A stretch of DNA of 50,994 nt from Octopus bimaculoides (lineage: Eukaryota): assembly GCF_001194135.2 (NCBI RefSeq), contig NC_068984.1:120964843-121015836 (forward strand), written 5' to 3'. The stretch's first letter is position 1, and each line of letters starts with the position of its first letter. Both the position numbers and the translations under genes were made by a program. Positions 1 through 12,603 of the stretch are shown one piece after another. The notes under the pieces were generated by a model. The model worked only from the letters and a program-made list of their open reading frames with translations. It was not told the origin of the DNA and ran no database searches.

Positions 1-471
1 TTTGTATTTATTTTTACTCGCATATATATATATATATATATATATACACGCACGCACACACACACACAGTTCACAGATATACATATATATGGTTCAATTA
101 TTTCAGAAAAAGGTGTATGATTTAGAATATATGCATGGTTTAGAATTAATATTGCATGCACTCTTTTAATTAAATAATAACTCGCATCACACATATTTTG
201 ATAAAGTTCCGAAAAAAACATCTTCGTTCTGTCTTCAACATGAACTTCCGCTTTATCACTTTATTCATATATATATATATTCGCATATATGTACACAGAC
301 ACACACACACACATACACACACACATACACACACACATACACACACACATACACATGCACGCGTGCACGCTCGCACACACACACATACACACACACAAAC
401 ACACGCATTTTGATCTATATTTGATGTTTCTAATGATAATATCTACTAATTGATTCCTTCCCTTTTTCTAG

Positions 472-515
472 TTATATTTACTAATTATCAATGCTGCTTC
501 CGTCATATCGCAGAA
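472..515 (+). CDS. Candidate gene A signal-peptide exon (LYLLIINAASVISQ)
   Basis: Strong acceptor ctactaattgattccttccctttttctag| with a long AG-free stretch. The phase-0 frame reads like a signal h/c-region. The donor AA|gtttat is weak; an alternative donor exists at 537 (TG|gtgatt). Confidence 0.35.
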
Positions 516-617
516 GTTTATCTAGAGAAAACATTGGTGATTTTTTGACGTGAAAATGTTTGAAATTCAAAACAACATAAAACCAAAACAACGCTCAGCG
601 GGTAGCGTTCGTTTATA

Positions 618-768
618 TTTGTATGTATGTATGTATGTATGTATGTATGTATGTATGTATTGTGTATGTATACGTAAGTATGCATGTGTATATTTATATA
701 TGTATGTATATGTATATATATATATGTATGTAAATGTATATATATGTATGTATCTGTATATATATGTT

Positions 769-857
<89 letters not shown>

Positions 858-934
858 TTATATGTATGTGTATGCATATATAAGTATATGTGTGTATATA
901 TATACATATATATGTATATGCGTATGTAATACAT

Positions 935-968
<34 letters not shown>

Positions 969-1045
969 ACATATACATACGTAACACACACGCACATATA
1001 TCTCTCTATATATACATGGAGATAGATAGATAGATAGATAGACCG
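618..1045. repeat. Compound (TATG)n/(TA)n/(TAGA)n microsatellite block
   Basis: Direct reading; source of several spurious ORFs. Confidence 0.95.
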
Positions 1046-1196
1046 ATTGATATAATAACAATAATAAAATTTTGTCCTCAACATTTATATAAATACGTCG
1101 AATAGTAACAAATTGTATTATACTGACATTTTCACTTTTTAAACTTACATTTGGAGGACAAAATGTGTCAAGACAATTGTTTTATGTTGAAACAAT

Positions 1197-1410
1197 CTTT
1201 TCTACTCTAGGCACAAGGCCCGAAATTTGGGGGAGGGGGCCAGTCGATTACATCGACCCTCGTACGCAACTGATACTTAATTTATCGACCCCGAAAGAAT
1301 GAAAGGCAAAGTCGACCTCGGCGGAATTTGAACTCAGAAGGTAAAGACAGGCGCAACATCGCTAAGCATTTCTCCCGGCGTGCTAACGTTTCTGCCAGCT
1401 CGCTGCCTTA
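1197..1410 (-). mobile_element. tRNA-derived SINE, family A
   Basis: Reverse complement of gagctggcagaaacgttagcacgccggg...gagttcaaattccgccgaggtcgactttgcctttcat...ccttgtgcctagagtagaa, with a B-box-like GAGTTCAAAT; multiple copies in the window. Confidence 0.85.
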
Positions 1411-1502
1411 TTATGTTGAACCTAATGCTTACTGAAGTAACAAAACAAACCATTTAATATTTTCTACAATGTTTATTGTCAATCAAACAATATTCTATTC
1501 AG

Positions 1503-1516
1503 CTCTCACAAATTTG
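1503..1516 (+). CDS. Candidate gene A 14-nt microexon (phase 2 in, phase 1 out)
   Basis: tattctattcag|CTCTCACAAATTTG|gtacgt. It bridges exon 472-515 to exon 5481 in one open frame (SQNSHKFVAEKS). Confidence 0.3.
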
Positions 1517-1980
1517 GTACGTGGGCAGTGTCATCTTCGTAAATAGAGCTATCATTCAATGTGTAATTATTACATCATATGACGGTTATGTTTTTCCTAA
1601 CATCATTAATGAATTAAATGAAGAGAAAGAGAATGAGAAAGATGTAATGCAAATAGAAATAGAAATTGAGCTACGAGTTCTTTGTAGTGTATGACCTTAT
1701 AATACTTAACCACAGCTTCGTCAAAATACTTTCGTTACACGCTACACACCATGAAGAGATGCACAAATAGCTGTTGTGGAACAAAGAAACAATGACAGAT
1801 ATAAGGAAAGACAGATAGTAACACATATACAAAAAGAAACAAACAACTCAATCAGTCCACATTAAATAACTTCTACGTCGATATAGTCAGTGATGTAACC
1901 TAATTGAAAACGGGAACCAACCATGAAATCTCACTCTATCCTTTTTTTCTCATAAGAATAGTTCATTAAGGAGAATATTC

Positions 1981-2350
1981 TTTTATTTGTTTCAGTCATT
2001 TGACTGCAGTCATGATGTAGCACAGCTTTTAATCGAACCAATCGACCCCAGGAATTATTCTTTGTTAGCCTAGTACTTATTCTATTGGTGTCTTTTGCCG
2101 AACTACTAGATTACGGGGGACGTAAACACACCAATCAATCGATGGTATTGGAACACAAACAGATGCACAAATATATACATACATATATATGTGTACGAGG
2201 GGCTTCTTTCAGATACCATCTACCAAATCCATTCACAAGCCTTTGGTCGACCCGAGACTATAGTAGAAGACACTTGCCCAAGGTGCTACGCTGTGGGACT
2301 GAACCCGGAACCATATGGTTGGGAAGCAAGCTTCTTACTATTCAGCCACT
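1981..2350 (-). mobile_element. SINE family C (tRNA head, CORE-like ccttgggcaagt, internal microsatellite)
   Basis: Reverse complement: agtggctg...ggttccgggttcagtcccac...accttgggcaagtgtcttctactatag...(TG/TA)n...gtttacgtcccc...cagtcaaatgactgaaacaa. Confidence 0.85.
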
Positions 2351-2590
2351 TGATTGGAGAAAAAGGACAGATGTTTTAACAACAGCTGAGCTCGGCTTTT
2401 AATAGCTGTAAGATATTTAGGGTGCAGAAAATATTGAAGATATGGATAATTTGTTTCACAAAGCATCTATGCTCTAAATGGATAAGAAATCGTGTAGTTT
2501 CTTGTTAACAATAACTGATATTTGAAAAGACAGGGATGAGTAGTATACCCGAACTTTTAGTGGATTCATTTGAAACAGCTGGAGGATTAA

Positions 2591-2593
<3 letters not shown>

Positions 2594-2661
<68 letters not shown>

Positions 2662-2840
2662 TCCTCTCTCTTTACACACACACACACACACGCACGCACG
2701 CACGCATACACGCACACACGCACATACATCCATACAAAAATACGCACATATATATATATGAAAGTATTTTTGTTTGTATGTATGTGTGTATGTATGTATG
2801 TATGTATGTGTATGTATGTATGTATGTATGTATGTATGTA
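2594..2840. repeat. (CT)n, (AC)n, (TATG)n microsatellite block
   Basis: Direct reading. Confidence 0.95.
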
Positions 2841-3280
2841 TTGATCAGTTCAATACTTTAATTTTCAATTAACGATATCAATAATATATTTATCTTTTAT
2901 CAGAAATTTCTACCATTCTGATTTCATATTATTCAGTTTGCTTTATATGGAATCTTTAGTTTGAACTGAAAGCCAATTAACATTCCAGCAAAGTATACTC
3001 AAGTACGAAACCATCTCATAAAAATATGTCGATTAAAAGAATTACAAATACCCAAGTTGATATTTAATTAAATATATATTTTTCACCGCTATTAATAACT
3101 TTTAATGCTTTTTCAATGACTTATTAATAATAGAACTCTAATGATTTTGAGATAAACGACAGTAGATTTCATGTCTTGCAATAGATCACTAAGAGCATTC
3201 ATTTTGTCAAAGCGTGTTGATATCGCCGTTGACAACAAAACTAGATGGTGATGTGATAATTGCTTAGTAGCAATGTGTTA

Positions 3281-3867
3281 TTGGGTTGTCCGGAAAGTTC
3301 GTGCCGATTTATAGCAGCTTACCTTTCGACTTATTTTAGAACATAGTCGAGTCCATAAAATAGGATTTGACTACACCTCCATTTAGAGCACAGTTTAAGC
3401 TATCTTCTCGTGGAAGAAGGTTTATGTTCTTCCAACCTGTGTTAATTCTGTAACCCTTTAAAAGGGAAGATAAGAAAGTTCATTTTCGGCACTTGATGTT
3501 TTTCTTTTTCCGTAAAGGGAAAATTGCCTCACAAGCAACCAAAGAAATATGCCCAGTTTGTGATGACGTTTCTTTATCCGAAAGAACTGCACGGAAGTGG
3601 TTCGCAAGGTTCCGAGCTGGAGATTGTAGCCTTATTGATAAAGAGCGATCAGGCAGACCATCCACTACAGATGATGACTAAATCAAGTAAGTAATTGAGA
3701 ATAACCCACATTGCACAACCCGAGAATTGGCAGAAAGCCTCAACCTATCAAAATTCGTCGTTCATGGTAAAGCTTGGGTACACAATTCGCTACAATGTTT
3801 GGGTACCACATGAGTTGAGTGAGAAGAACCTTTTGGAAAATCGGCACGGACTTTCCGGACAACCTAA
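3281..3867 (+). mobile_element. Internally deleted mariner (Tc1/mariner) element, 587 bp
   Basis: 30-bp TIRs (3281-3310 and 3838-3867, 2 mismatches), TA on both sides. Decayed N-terminal transposase (RKWFARFRAGDCSLIDKERSGRPS...WVPHEL) fused directly to the right TIR; no catalytic domain. Confidence 0.92.
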
Positions 3868-4540
3868 TATTATGTATTCTTTCAAACTAATCCTATCAAA
3901 CGAAAAGAAGTGCTGTGTAATGCACTTGATGTAAAAGTTACCCGGGCACAAAGCCACTGTTGACTCCACGTAACATTGATATATAAATAAGTTATTAACG
4001 AGCTCAAAACCGAAACAAAAGAAAAACAAGCATATGAGGAGCATTTCCAATCTTATCGAATTGTCTCAGATTATCTGCAGACAATTCGTGAGGCACATAC
4101 GTACCTACCAGTGAGTATTAAAAAACATATCACTTGTAAAGTATAGATGCATTACGTCTGGATACGATGGCAATCGATAGCAGGGAAGACTTTAAGTCGA
4201 TATGGTCTACCTTTTATATACCTACTAACTGGCCCCGTGCCGTCAAAAATGACGGCTAATTGTAGTATTTTATATATGAATATGGATGGTAAATCAAATT
4301 AATACACTTGTCAGTGTTCACATACATTCACATATGTATACGCACGCACGCACACACACACACACACACACATACTCACACAGAGTTGAAACGCTGTTTG
4401 ATTTTTCTTTTCAGCGTTGAATGTTCACCATCCTACCAGTTTTCCATCACCCCTTCCTTCCTTATTCATCTATCGCCCCTTCCTTTCTCATTCATATGTT
4501 ATGACGGAGAAAAACAAGTTTTATTATAGTAAATACAGAA

Positions 4541-4785
4541 GAGCGCTGAGAATCAAGTGATCAGCCGAAATACACAAAGAAAACAAAACGTTTATGGGAA
4601 ATCTAGGTTAATCTGAGAAATCTAGGGCTATTCACTGGTACTTCAATAACATTGTCGATATGGTGTACATTTCATATACCTCTGCAAAGGAGCACCGAGA
4701 ATTAAGTGACCAGTCGAAATATACAAAGAAAACAAAAGTTGATGGTAAATCTAGGGCTACGTACTGGTACGTCAATAACATTGTC
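4541..4785. repeat. About 100-bp diverged direct duplication (4541-4656 and 4690-4785)
   Basis: gagc.c.gaga..aagtga.cag.cgaaata.acaaagaaaacaaaa...aatctagggcta...ctggtac.tcaataacattgtc in both copies. Confidence 0.75.
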
Positions 4786-5329
4786 ATTTAAATATTTTAC
4801 TCCCATAAATCTATTCTCAGGCAGTCGAATTTATGCTATTGACTTGTAAGAATTGAGAGAAGCTGGCAATATACTTATCGCAGCAAGGGTAGTAAGGTGG
4901 CAAAAGCAACAGGATAAATGCCTCTAGTCTTTTAGTTTGAATTCTGCCAAATGAACATTTTCGTTGTCTATACATCCTTCAGTGAGATGAATAACAGTAA
5001 CATATTACGTCGAATTATACAATTGTAATATTAGTGAATGAATATGTATTATTAAATTTAGGGTTTAGAATAAAGGGAAAATAAAGGAACCCGTAAATAT
5101 GACAAACTATCAATTAACTATTGGCTTTTCTATTTGGACATGATAGGCTCTGTAATATCTATAAGTGTGTATGTGTGTGTCACACGCGTATGTAAGTAAT
5201 GTATGTATGTATACATGATTATGTATGTATAATGTATAAATATACTTTTTTCATATATGTGTATATGCGTATATAAATTTGTCTATATCTATGTATCACT
5301 TTATTCATCTGTCTGTCTTTCTATCTCTC

Positions 5330-5404
<75 letters not shown>

Positions 5405-5480
5405 TACATATATACAACTCGATGTTCCATGTTTGCTGTGTAGATTCTAGATATAATTTTGTTTTGTTTTTATTGAACAG

Positions 5481-5528
5481 TAGCTGAAAAGAGCGATTAC
5501 ATCGACATGGACGTCAGTGAAGAACCGG
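5481..5528 (+). CDS. Gene A small linker exon (48 nt, phase 1-1): [16 protein letters not shown]
   Basis: Pyrimidine-rich acceptor gttttgtttttattgaacag|, donor G|gtaaag, open only in the phase compatible with exon 11795 (G+CT=Ala, giving EEPACSNKK). Confidence 0.6.
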
Positions 5529-5884
5529 GTAAAGCTAATTTATACTTTATATCTTTCAGAATGATTGCATGGAATGGCCATCAGCAGTCTCTGAAGCGGA
5601 TATCGAATTATTACCAAACCCAAGAATTAATTAATTGCAGTTTTACTAAATGTCTCTCATTGTTTACATATCCCTCCTTGCAATATGTATCCCATATTCC
5701 TTCTTAAAACACATCTAATCATTTCTATTCACGATTTTGTATTTTATTTAATTTTCATCCTTTACTATTTCATTAATTACTATCCATTCTTTCCTGCCTG
5801 TTATCTCTCTTCTTTCCATTTCCTCGTCTCTAATTTCCTTTTCTTTTTCTCTTCTCCTTATGTACATATTACATAGAGATACCA

Positions 5885-6261
5885 GTGGAGGTGCAATGAC
5901 CCAGTGATTAGGGCAGCGGACTCGCGGTCATAGGATCGCGGTTTCGATTCCCAGACCGGGCGTTGTGAGTGTTTATTGAGCGAAAACACCTAAAGCTCCA
6001 CGAGGGTCCGGCATGGGATGGTGGCGAACCCTGCTGTACTCTTCCACCACAACTTTCTCTCACTCTTACTTCCTGTTGTGCCTGTAATTCGAAGGGTCAG
6101 CCTTGTCACACTGTGTCACGCTGAATATCTCCGAGAACTACGTTAAGGGTACACGTGTCTGTGGAGTGCTCAGCCACTTGCACGTTAATTTCACGAGCAG
6201 GCTGTTCCGTTGATCGGATCAACTGGAACCCTCGACGTCGTAAGCGACGGAATGCCAACAC
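5885..6261 (+). mobile_element. tRNA-derived SINE family B, full length, 14-bp TSD
   Basis: A-box-like gacccagtgattagg and B-box-like ggtttcgattcc; TSD acatagagatacca at 5871-5884 and 6262-6275. Confidence 0.92.
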
Positions 6262-6977
6262 ACATAGAGATACCACAGAATGACCAAGTGGTTAAATAGT
6301 TTGCTCGACAGCAAACTATTAGCTTGACTAGATCGCTGATTCAACATCATTGAGTGGCATATTAGTCAAATGCCATTTTCGTTAGTCTCGACCTATAACT
6401 TGTGAATGAAAATTTGGAGATGGAACTATGTAAAGGCCTGTCGATTACATTATACTTGTAATTCGAAAATAACAACATCGTCCTTCGTGTCACATGACAC
6501 TGATTCTGCTTAGGAATGACGTTTAGGGGACACACAATGGAATGTTCATCCATTAAGATGTAAATCTAGGAGCGGACACTTCAGTTGAATGAGCGACTGG
6601 ATCTTCATCAAAACTCAGAGATCCAACACCACTTAGAGATGATATTACGTTTCTAACAGAAAGCAAAGAATAACTAGTATTTGCATTTCTTATAAAGAAA
6701 TATTGCCAGAAGTGCTTCAATAGCTTATCGTAAAGCAAAAAGTGTGTCTTCAAGGGAAGAATTATATAATGCTTTATTTTATAGTAGTAATAGTAATAGT
6801 AGTAGTAGTCCGGCAAGAAATGACGAAAATATAGGTAGCATATACAATAGTTTGTTCTTAAACAATTAAATGATGAATCGAATGCTACAAACAGTTATTG
6901 TTTAGATACAGATCGGAATTCATTGAGCAGATATATGTCGTTAAATTTGCTTCTTTTTTTATATCAAAAACTTTCTT

Positions 6978-7185
6978 AGCTGGCAGAAGCATTAGCACGC
7001 CGGGCTAAATGCTAAGCGGTGTTTTGTCTGTCTTTACGTTCTGAATTCAAATTCCACCGAGGTCGACTTTGCCTTTCATCATTTCAGGGTCGATAAATTT
7101 AGTACCAGTAGCGTACTTGGGTCGATCTAACCGACTTCCCCTCTCCACAAAATTTCGGGCCTTGTGCCTAGAGTAGAAAAGAATA
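6978..7185 (+). mobile_element. SINE family A
   Basis: Same head, core (gtcgactttgcctttcatcatttcagggtcgataaa) and tail as the other copies. Confidence 0.85.
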
Positions 7186-10100
7186 TATCTTTCCTTATTT
7201 AAAATAATAGATTGTGATCTGGTGGAGATTCAACTGCTACTTCTTGCAAAGTGATTGACAGTGTAGAGCTCCTTCATTAACTTCATCATATGACTTTTTT
7301 ATTTTATTTTAGTGGCAGATGAATTGACTTTCTTATGATGAACTGACCTTGTTGTGATTAGCGATTTTTTCTGGAACTAAGGTTGGTAAAAGCGTAAATG
7401 CCTAACGAAGGCAGTTGTAGAAGAGAGTATAAGTTCATATTTTTTATATTCTTATACTTGGGAAAAAAAGATATGAAAGGAGGAATATTATAAAGTAATT
7501 TCGTCCAAGAATCAAATTAGCTACCTGAGATGATCAGTATTGCAAGGAGAAAAAGTTTAATATTTACATTAGTCACATTCTGAATTAGAGCTGTAATACC
7601 CCTAACGGTGTCTGTTGTAAAATGTCAATTACTATTTCTGTACTTCATTGAAAATGAATTTAGGCTTTTTAAAGTGCAATGTTCAAAGCTAATTTTTTTT
7701 ATAGTTAGGTAATGAAACGCAAATTTTCTTGAAGCTGCTATGATTATATCAGTAGAGTCAATTAGTCAAAAAAATAATTCAATACGGGCAAGTATGTCAA
7801 TGAAAAGTTATTACGTGCAGCTTGTTTAAAACGTAGATAAAAAGGAACAATGAAACTTATTAACGTCTGTAGTAACAATTGGTTCTGTATAAACTATAAG
7901 AGTGACAATAACATAGGAAAAATAGCATAAACCCAGAATAAATTACAATAGAAAAAATACGGTTTCAAAACGAAAACTATAATTTGAAAAGTTTTTAGAG
8001 TAGTTACGTGGAAACAAAAAATTCGAATAAGACTTTCACAATTTGAATGCTTGATGGTCATTGCTAAACAGAAACAGTTTACACATAATTTAGACATACT
8101 TTAGATACAATTTATATATAATATAATGCAAATGCATCGTAAAAGTATCTGTAGACAATGAGTGAACTATTCTAGGCCCCTCTCTTTCTCTCTCTTTCTT
8201 TCCTTCTCTCTCCCTTTCTCTCTCTTTCTTTCCCCATCTCTCTCTCCCTCTCTGTCCCTTCCTCTTTCTCAGTCTTGTTATCAGTGTAACGTTAGATTAT
8301 TTCAACGCAAATTACGTCTTGTAATACACAACAAATAAAGATGCTCGTAGCTTCAAAATATACAAATGGCATACATATATTTGACAGAAAATATTAATGT
8401 CAGGCAAGTTTCTTTGATATGCACAGTATAAACCCGCGTACACATAACAGAGCATATATTTATGATTTTAAAGGCCACACACAAAACAGAAAATATAGAT
8501 GATAGTATAGATTTATATGTATAGAATTGCAGAAGAAATATAACATCAGCTGTATAAAATGTTACCGAATTATGTTTGTATTAACCAATGCAAAATAATA
8601 ATGAATTGAAGTAATGTATTCTATAAAGGTATTTTAACATTTGTTCTATGGTATGAACGTAAAGGCTGACATTAATATTAATAATGCTGTTCCCTCTATG
8701 TTTATACCCCCGTAGGCAACAAAGAAATAAATATTAATAATGCTTATCATCCATTGATTGCTATCTTTCATCCGAAAAACTTTAGAAAATGGTAGTTGTA
8801 TTGGAACATAGGATAAATATATCAATAGTTACCGTTTTCTTTTTACTCACACCCAGTTTTTAACTACTACTTAATTGGTAAATTCTTAATAAAAAGGAAA
8901 CATTACTTATCATTCTTAATTGGATGCAATTAATTCATTGCGTGTGCGGATGTATACATTAATTTTCATGATGATAGTCTCAACGTAACAATTCCCATAA
9001 GTTCAGGCTTATCTTTTTAATTAAGATAAACTGAACTTATAAGGATTTAACTAAGTAAATAGTTTCTCTTTATACTCAAAAAGTTAGTCTAATTTGTTCT
9101 CATCATATCGAAATAAACCTCGTTGGTAATATAATGCTTTATTTCTTCTTTTTGTCTCTAGAAGCATTATCTGCACATTTCTATTTCTTCCTGCTGATCT
9201 CAAATATGTTTCATCCCTTCCATTAAAATTCCAACGGCGCGCACTATTGTTCTAAACTTCTGCACTTATAGTTAGTTACTAAAGAAACATTGCTAGTACA
9301 ATAGCTAACGTACCAGCGTAGAATGCAAGCTTCCGGAGAACTGAAACTCTACGAGATTTTCATTTCCGATGTCGACTCATAAATTTTATTTACTATGTTA
9401 GTGCTATTGCAAATAAAATAAAATAAAATAAAATAAATAAATAGAAATATAAAACCTCACAACTGCCATTTATTCTTCCTCTAATCTCTGTGGCAATGAT
9501 TATCAGTTTATGTCATTACCTTCAAAGAACAATCAGTTGTTGAGGTCGAATAAAGACATTTTTCTTTTTATTGAGTGTTGTGTTAAAAAAAAAAAAGAGA
9601 AATAACGAAGCATCAGCTCATATTTCATATAATCAAGTCCACAGCGAAATGCCTGTAGTAGTTGAGCAAGACAAATTATCTAGGTGGATATTTACTTAAT
9701 GCTAGAAAACTAAAAGTACATACTTTCCTTTGGACCTCTAAAATTCATGAAGAGGTTTATTTTATCTTTAACGCATGTCGCCACTAAATCTTTCCATGCA
9801 CCAAACCTATTTCATATTTTCTTCTTACACCAAAAAGCATGGCTAAATTTCTTATCTCTCACATCATTGTCCATCATTCAATATTTACCATATTTCTTAT
9901 TTTGTCGTGTCGAGCGGTGTTAAGAGAGAGGTAAACTTCCACCGATACCGTATCACAGTTCAGTTTCGATTCTGGGTCGAAGCCGTTCCACTTAACATAC
10001 ATTATTAATGTCATCGGGAAATTCATGAAACTTAAAGCAACCCTTTTCACCACTTTTTAAACTATAAATTTTCTCAGTCTAATCAAAGGATATCAATATT

Positions 10101-11342
10101 TCAAATTTATGAATACATGTCACTGGCTGCTATTTTGTGCTATATTTTTTATACGAATGTTATATTATGTTTAATAGCGTAAGTATGCCGTCAAATATTT
10201 CTAATTCACATTCCCTAGATTCAATTTCAGATTCTTAACACAAATTTGCCTTATAGTTATTTATTTTGACTTTTGCTGATTTTCTGAGTGCTTTCGTTTC
10301 CTTAATTTGCATACTTTTATATGATTTTTTTTAAATTTGCATTACAATATAATATATTTAAACCAATAAAAGGTAAAGATCTCCATTGGATACTTCAATG
10401 TTCCACTTCATTTGATTTAGTAGTTTATCTTCGAGCAACGAACGTCAAAATCAACACCTCTTCCTTTTTTCTTTCTTTCTTTCTTTCTTTCTATTAATAC
10501 AGAAAAATATATAAAGTTTGTTCTAGTTTGATCATTCCTAGCAAGTATAGAATCTTGGTAAATATGCGAATGGTCTTAAAATAGCTGTTTTCTCGAAGTA
10601 CAAGTCTCGAAATTCGTAAATATTCCCTTCAGTTAACATGATTTATGGATTAAAATACATGTTTCATTTTCTGTATTTATTATGATTTCTGGTCTGTTGG
10701 ACATTATTTCAAAGCCTGCATATGAGGTAAATACTAAACTCTATGTTGCCCTGAAGATTTCTTGACACTTGCAGGCTTTGTTTCGTAATACTTGAGACAT
10801 TTTCGGTTGAAATCTACAGTTGCATAGTTAGTCTTACACACTACCCCTATTTTCAACGTCTTGCATTTTAGATATTCTCAAAATAGCCAACACAATTCAT
10901 TGAAATGGCCTTTTCCTTTCTTTCAGTCTAAATATTACACTACATTCTGAGTTCAATTCAAGCTGAGGTCATCTTGTTTTTCTTTTTGTTAATTGCTATC
11001 ATATATATTAACACAAACTCACTGAATTAAACTTCCCCTGATAAACATTAGCCATGTGTCAATACAATTATAAGCATTCTATTTCCTGTATATACTTTTT
11101 ATTTTCATATTTACTTTCAAATACATTTGAGGTTCATTAACAATGGCTTACGTTTTACACAGTGCATTTTGGTGTTTGACAATATACAAGTACAATCTTT
11201 TCTTTATTATCTTCAAATTATTATACTGTTTTTTCCTTATATTCAGATTTATTTATCTATTCATTCATTTATTTACTTTTGAGCTTATTCATTTAGCTAA
11301 GACAATTATATTTGTGTATAATTAAAATTACTGATCGCACTA

Positions 11343-11498
<156 letters not shown>

Positions 11499-11794
11499 AC
11501 ATCCCTTTCAGCTTTGAGTTCAAATCCTTGCATTCCAGCTCTGACCAACCCATTTTTAAGCACTTTCTGATCCTTCGTTCTCTTTGTAATGAAGAGGTTA
11601 AACTGCCGTTTAATGAAAATTTGTGTTATTTGTAGCAGGTTATGCGACTACGCAGAGGCTTTATCATTGGTTCATTTATGCCAATATTGTCGCCTCTGGA
11701 GGTACTGTTGCTGTTGTAGTTGTTATTGCTTTTCACAAATATAATTGATTCCAATTTTTCTTTTAATTCTCTCTTTAATCACAAAAAAAAACAG

Positions 11795-12391
11795 CTTGCT
11801 CGAACAAGAAAGTAGACATTCTATTTCTGTTGGACAGCTCTTCCAGTATTCGTGACGTGAACTTGAAGAAGCAAGTAAATGTTGTGAGATTAATGATACG
11901 AAGATTTGACGTGGGTCCCGACAAGACTCGAGTCGGAGTATCTATTTACAGTCACGAATATCTCCCTATATTTAAGATAGGGGAATTGAAAACAAGTGCG
12001 GAAGTCCTTTATAACATGAAAAATGTCATTTATATCGGCGGAGGGACAAAGACTGGAAAGGCTCTCGAAAAAGTAAGGACACAATCATTTAATATCGATA
12101 AAAAACGTCCTGGGGTAGGCAAAATCCTTGTTGTATTTACCGATGGACAATCAAGCGATTATGAAAAAACTAGAGAAGAAGCTTACCTATTGAAAAAGTC
12201 CGGAGTCAAAATATTCGTAGTCAGCATTGGTCCGAATATTGATCCGGTTGAAATCAGAGACATTGCTAGTGAACCTTCCAAGGAGTTCATCCACAATGCA
12301 GCAACATTTGATGCAGTGATGCAAAGTACTGAAATTCTAACCCGTAAAACATGCGCAGCTCCGATGCAGAGCACTCCAAAAGACCAGACTT
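11795..12391 (+). CDS. Gene A vWFA domain exon 1 (MIDAS intact), phase 1-1, 597 nt
   Basis: Acceptor ...acag|CT at 11794/11795, donor T|gtaagt at 12392. Translation CSNKKVDILFLLDSSSSI...GGGTKTGKAL...VFTDGQSSD...RKTC has DxSxS, T and D MIDAS residues and flanking Cys typical of vWFA domains. Confidence 0.93.
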
Positions 12392-12471
12392 GTAAGTTGC
12401 TCATTTGTTTGTTTTTCTTTATTGCTATGAACCTATATGCCTTATACTAAGGCTCAATCAGTATAAGACTA

Positions 12472-12603
12472 TAACTGAATAAGGGGTATTGAATAACTGA
12501 ATAAGGGGTATTGAATAACTGAATATATTTGTGTATAATTAAAATTACTGATCACTGAATAAGACTGATTAAGGGGTATTGAATAACTGAAAAAAGGGTA
12601 TTG
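12472..12603. repeat. 22-bp tandem array (taactgaataaggggtattgaa) interrupted by a 30-bp insert
   Basis: Units at 12472, 12494, partial 12516, and degenerate units at 12564 and 12584. Confidence 0.85.

Noticed and set aside
170-1084. Many ORFs reading CVCV, YIYI, HTHT, poly-N/K/F/L or spanning X runs (here and throughout the window)
   Set aside because: They are translations of microsatellites or N-gaps, with no domain signal or splice context.
5885-5965. tRNA-like A/B boxes
   Set aside because: These are SINE heads in multi-copy elements with TSDs, not tRNA genes; no complete cloverleaf with acceptor stem was seen.
12472-12603. Repeat-spacer-repeat pattern superficially like a CRISPR array
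   Set aside because: Eukaryotic intron, contiguous tandem units with only one insert copied from nearby DNA, and no cas genes.
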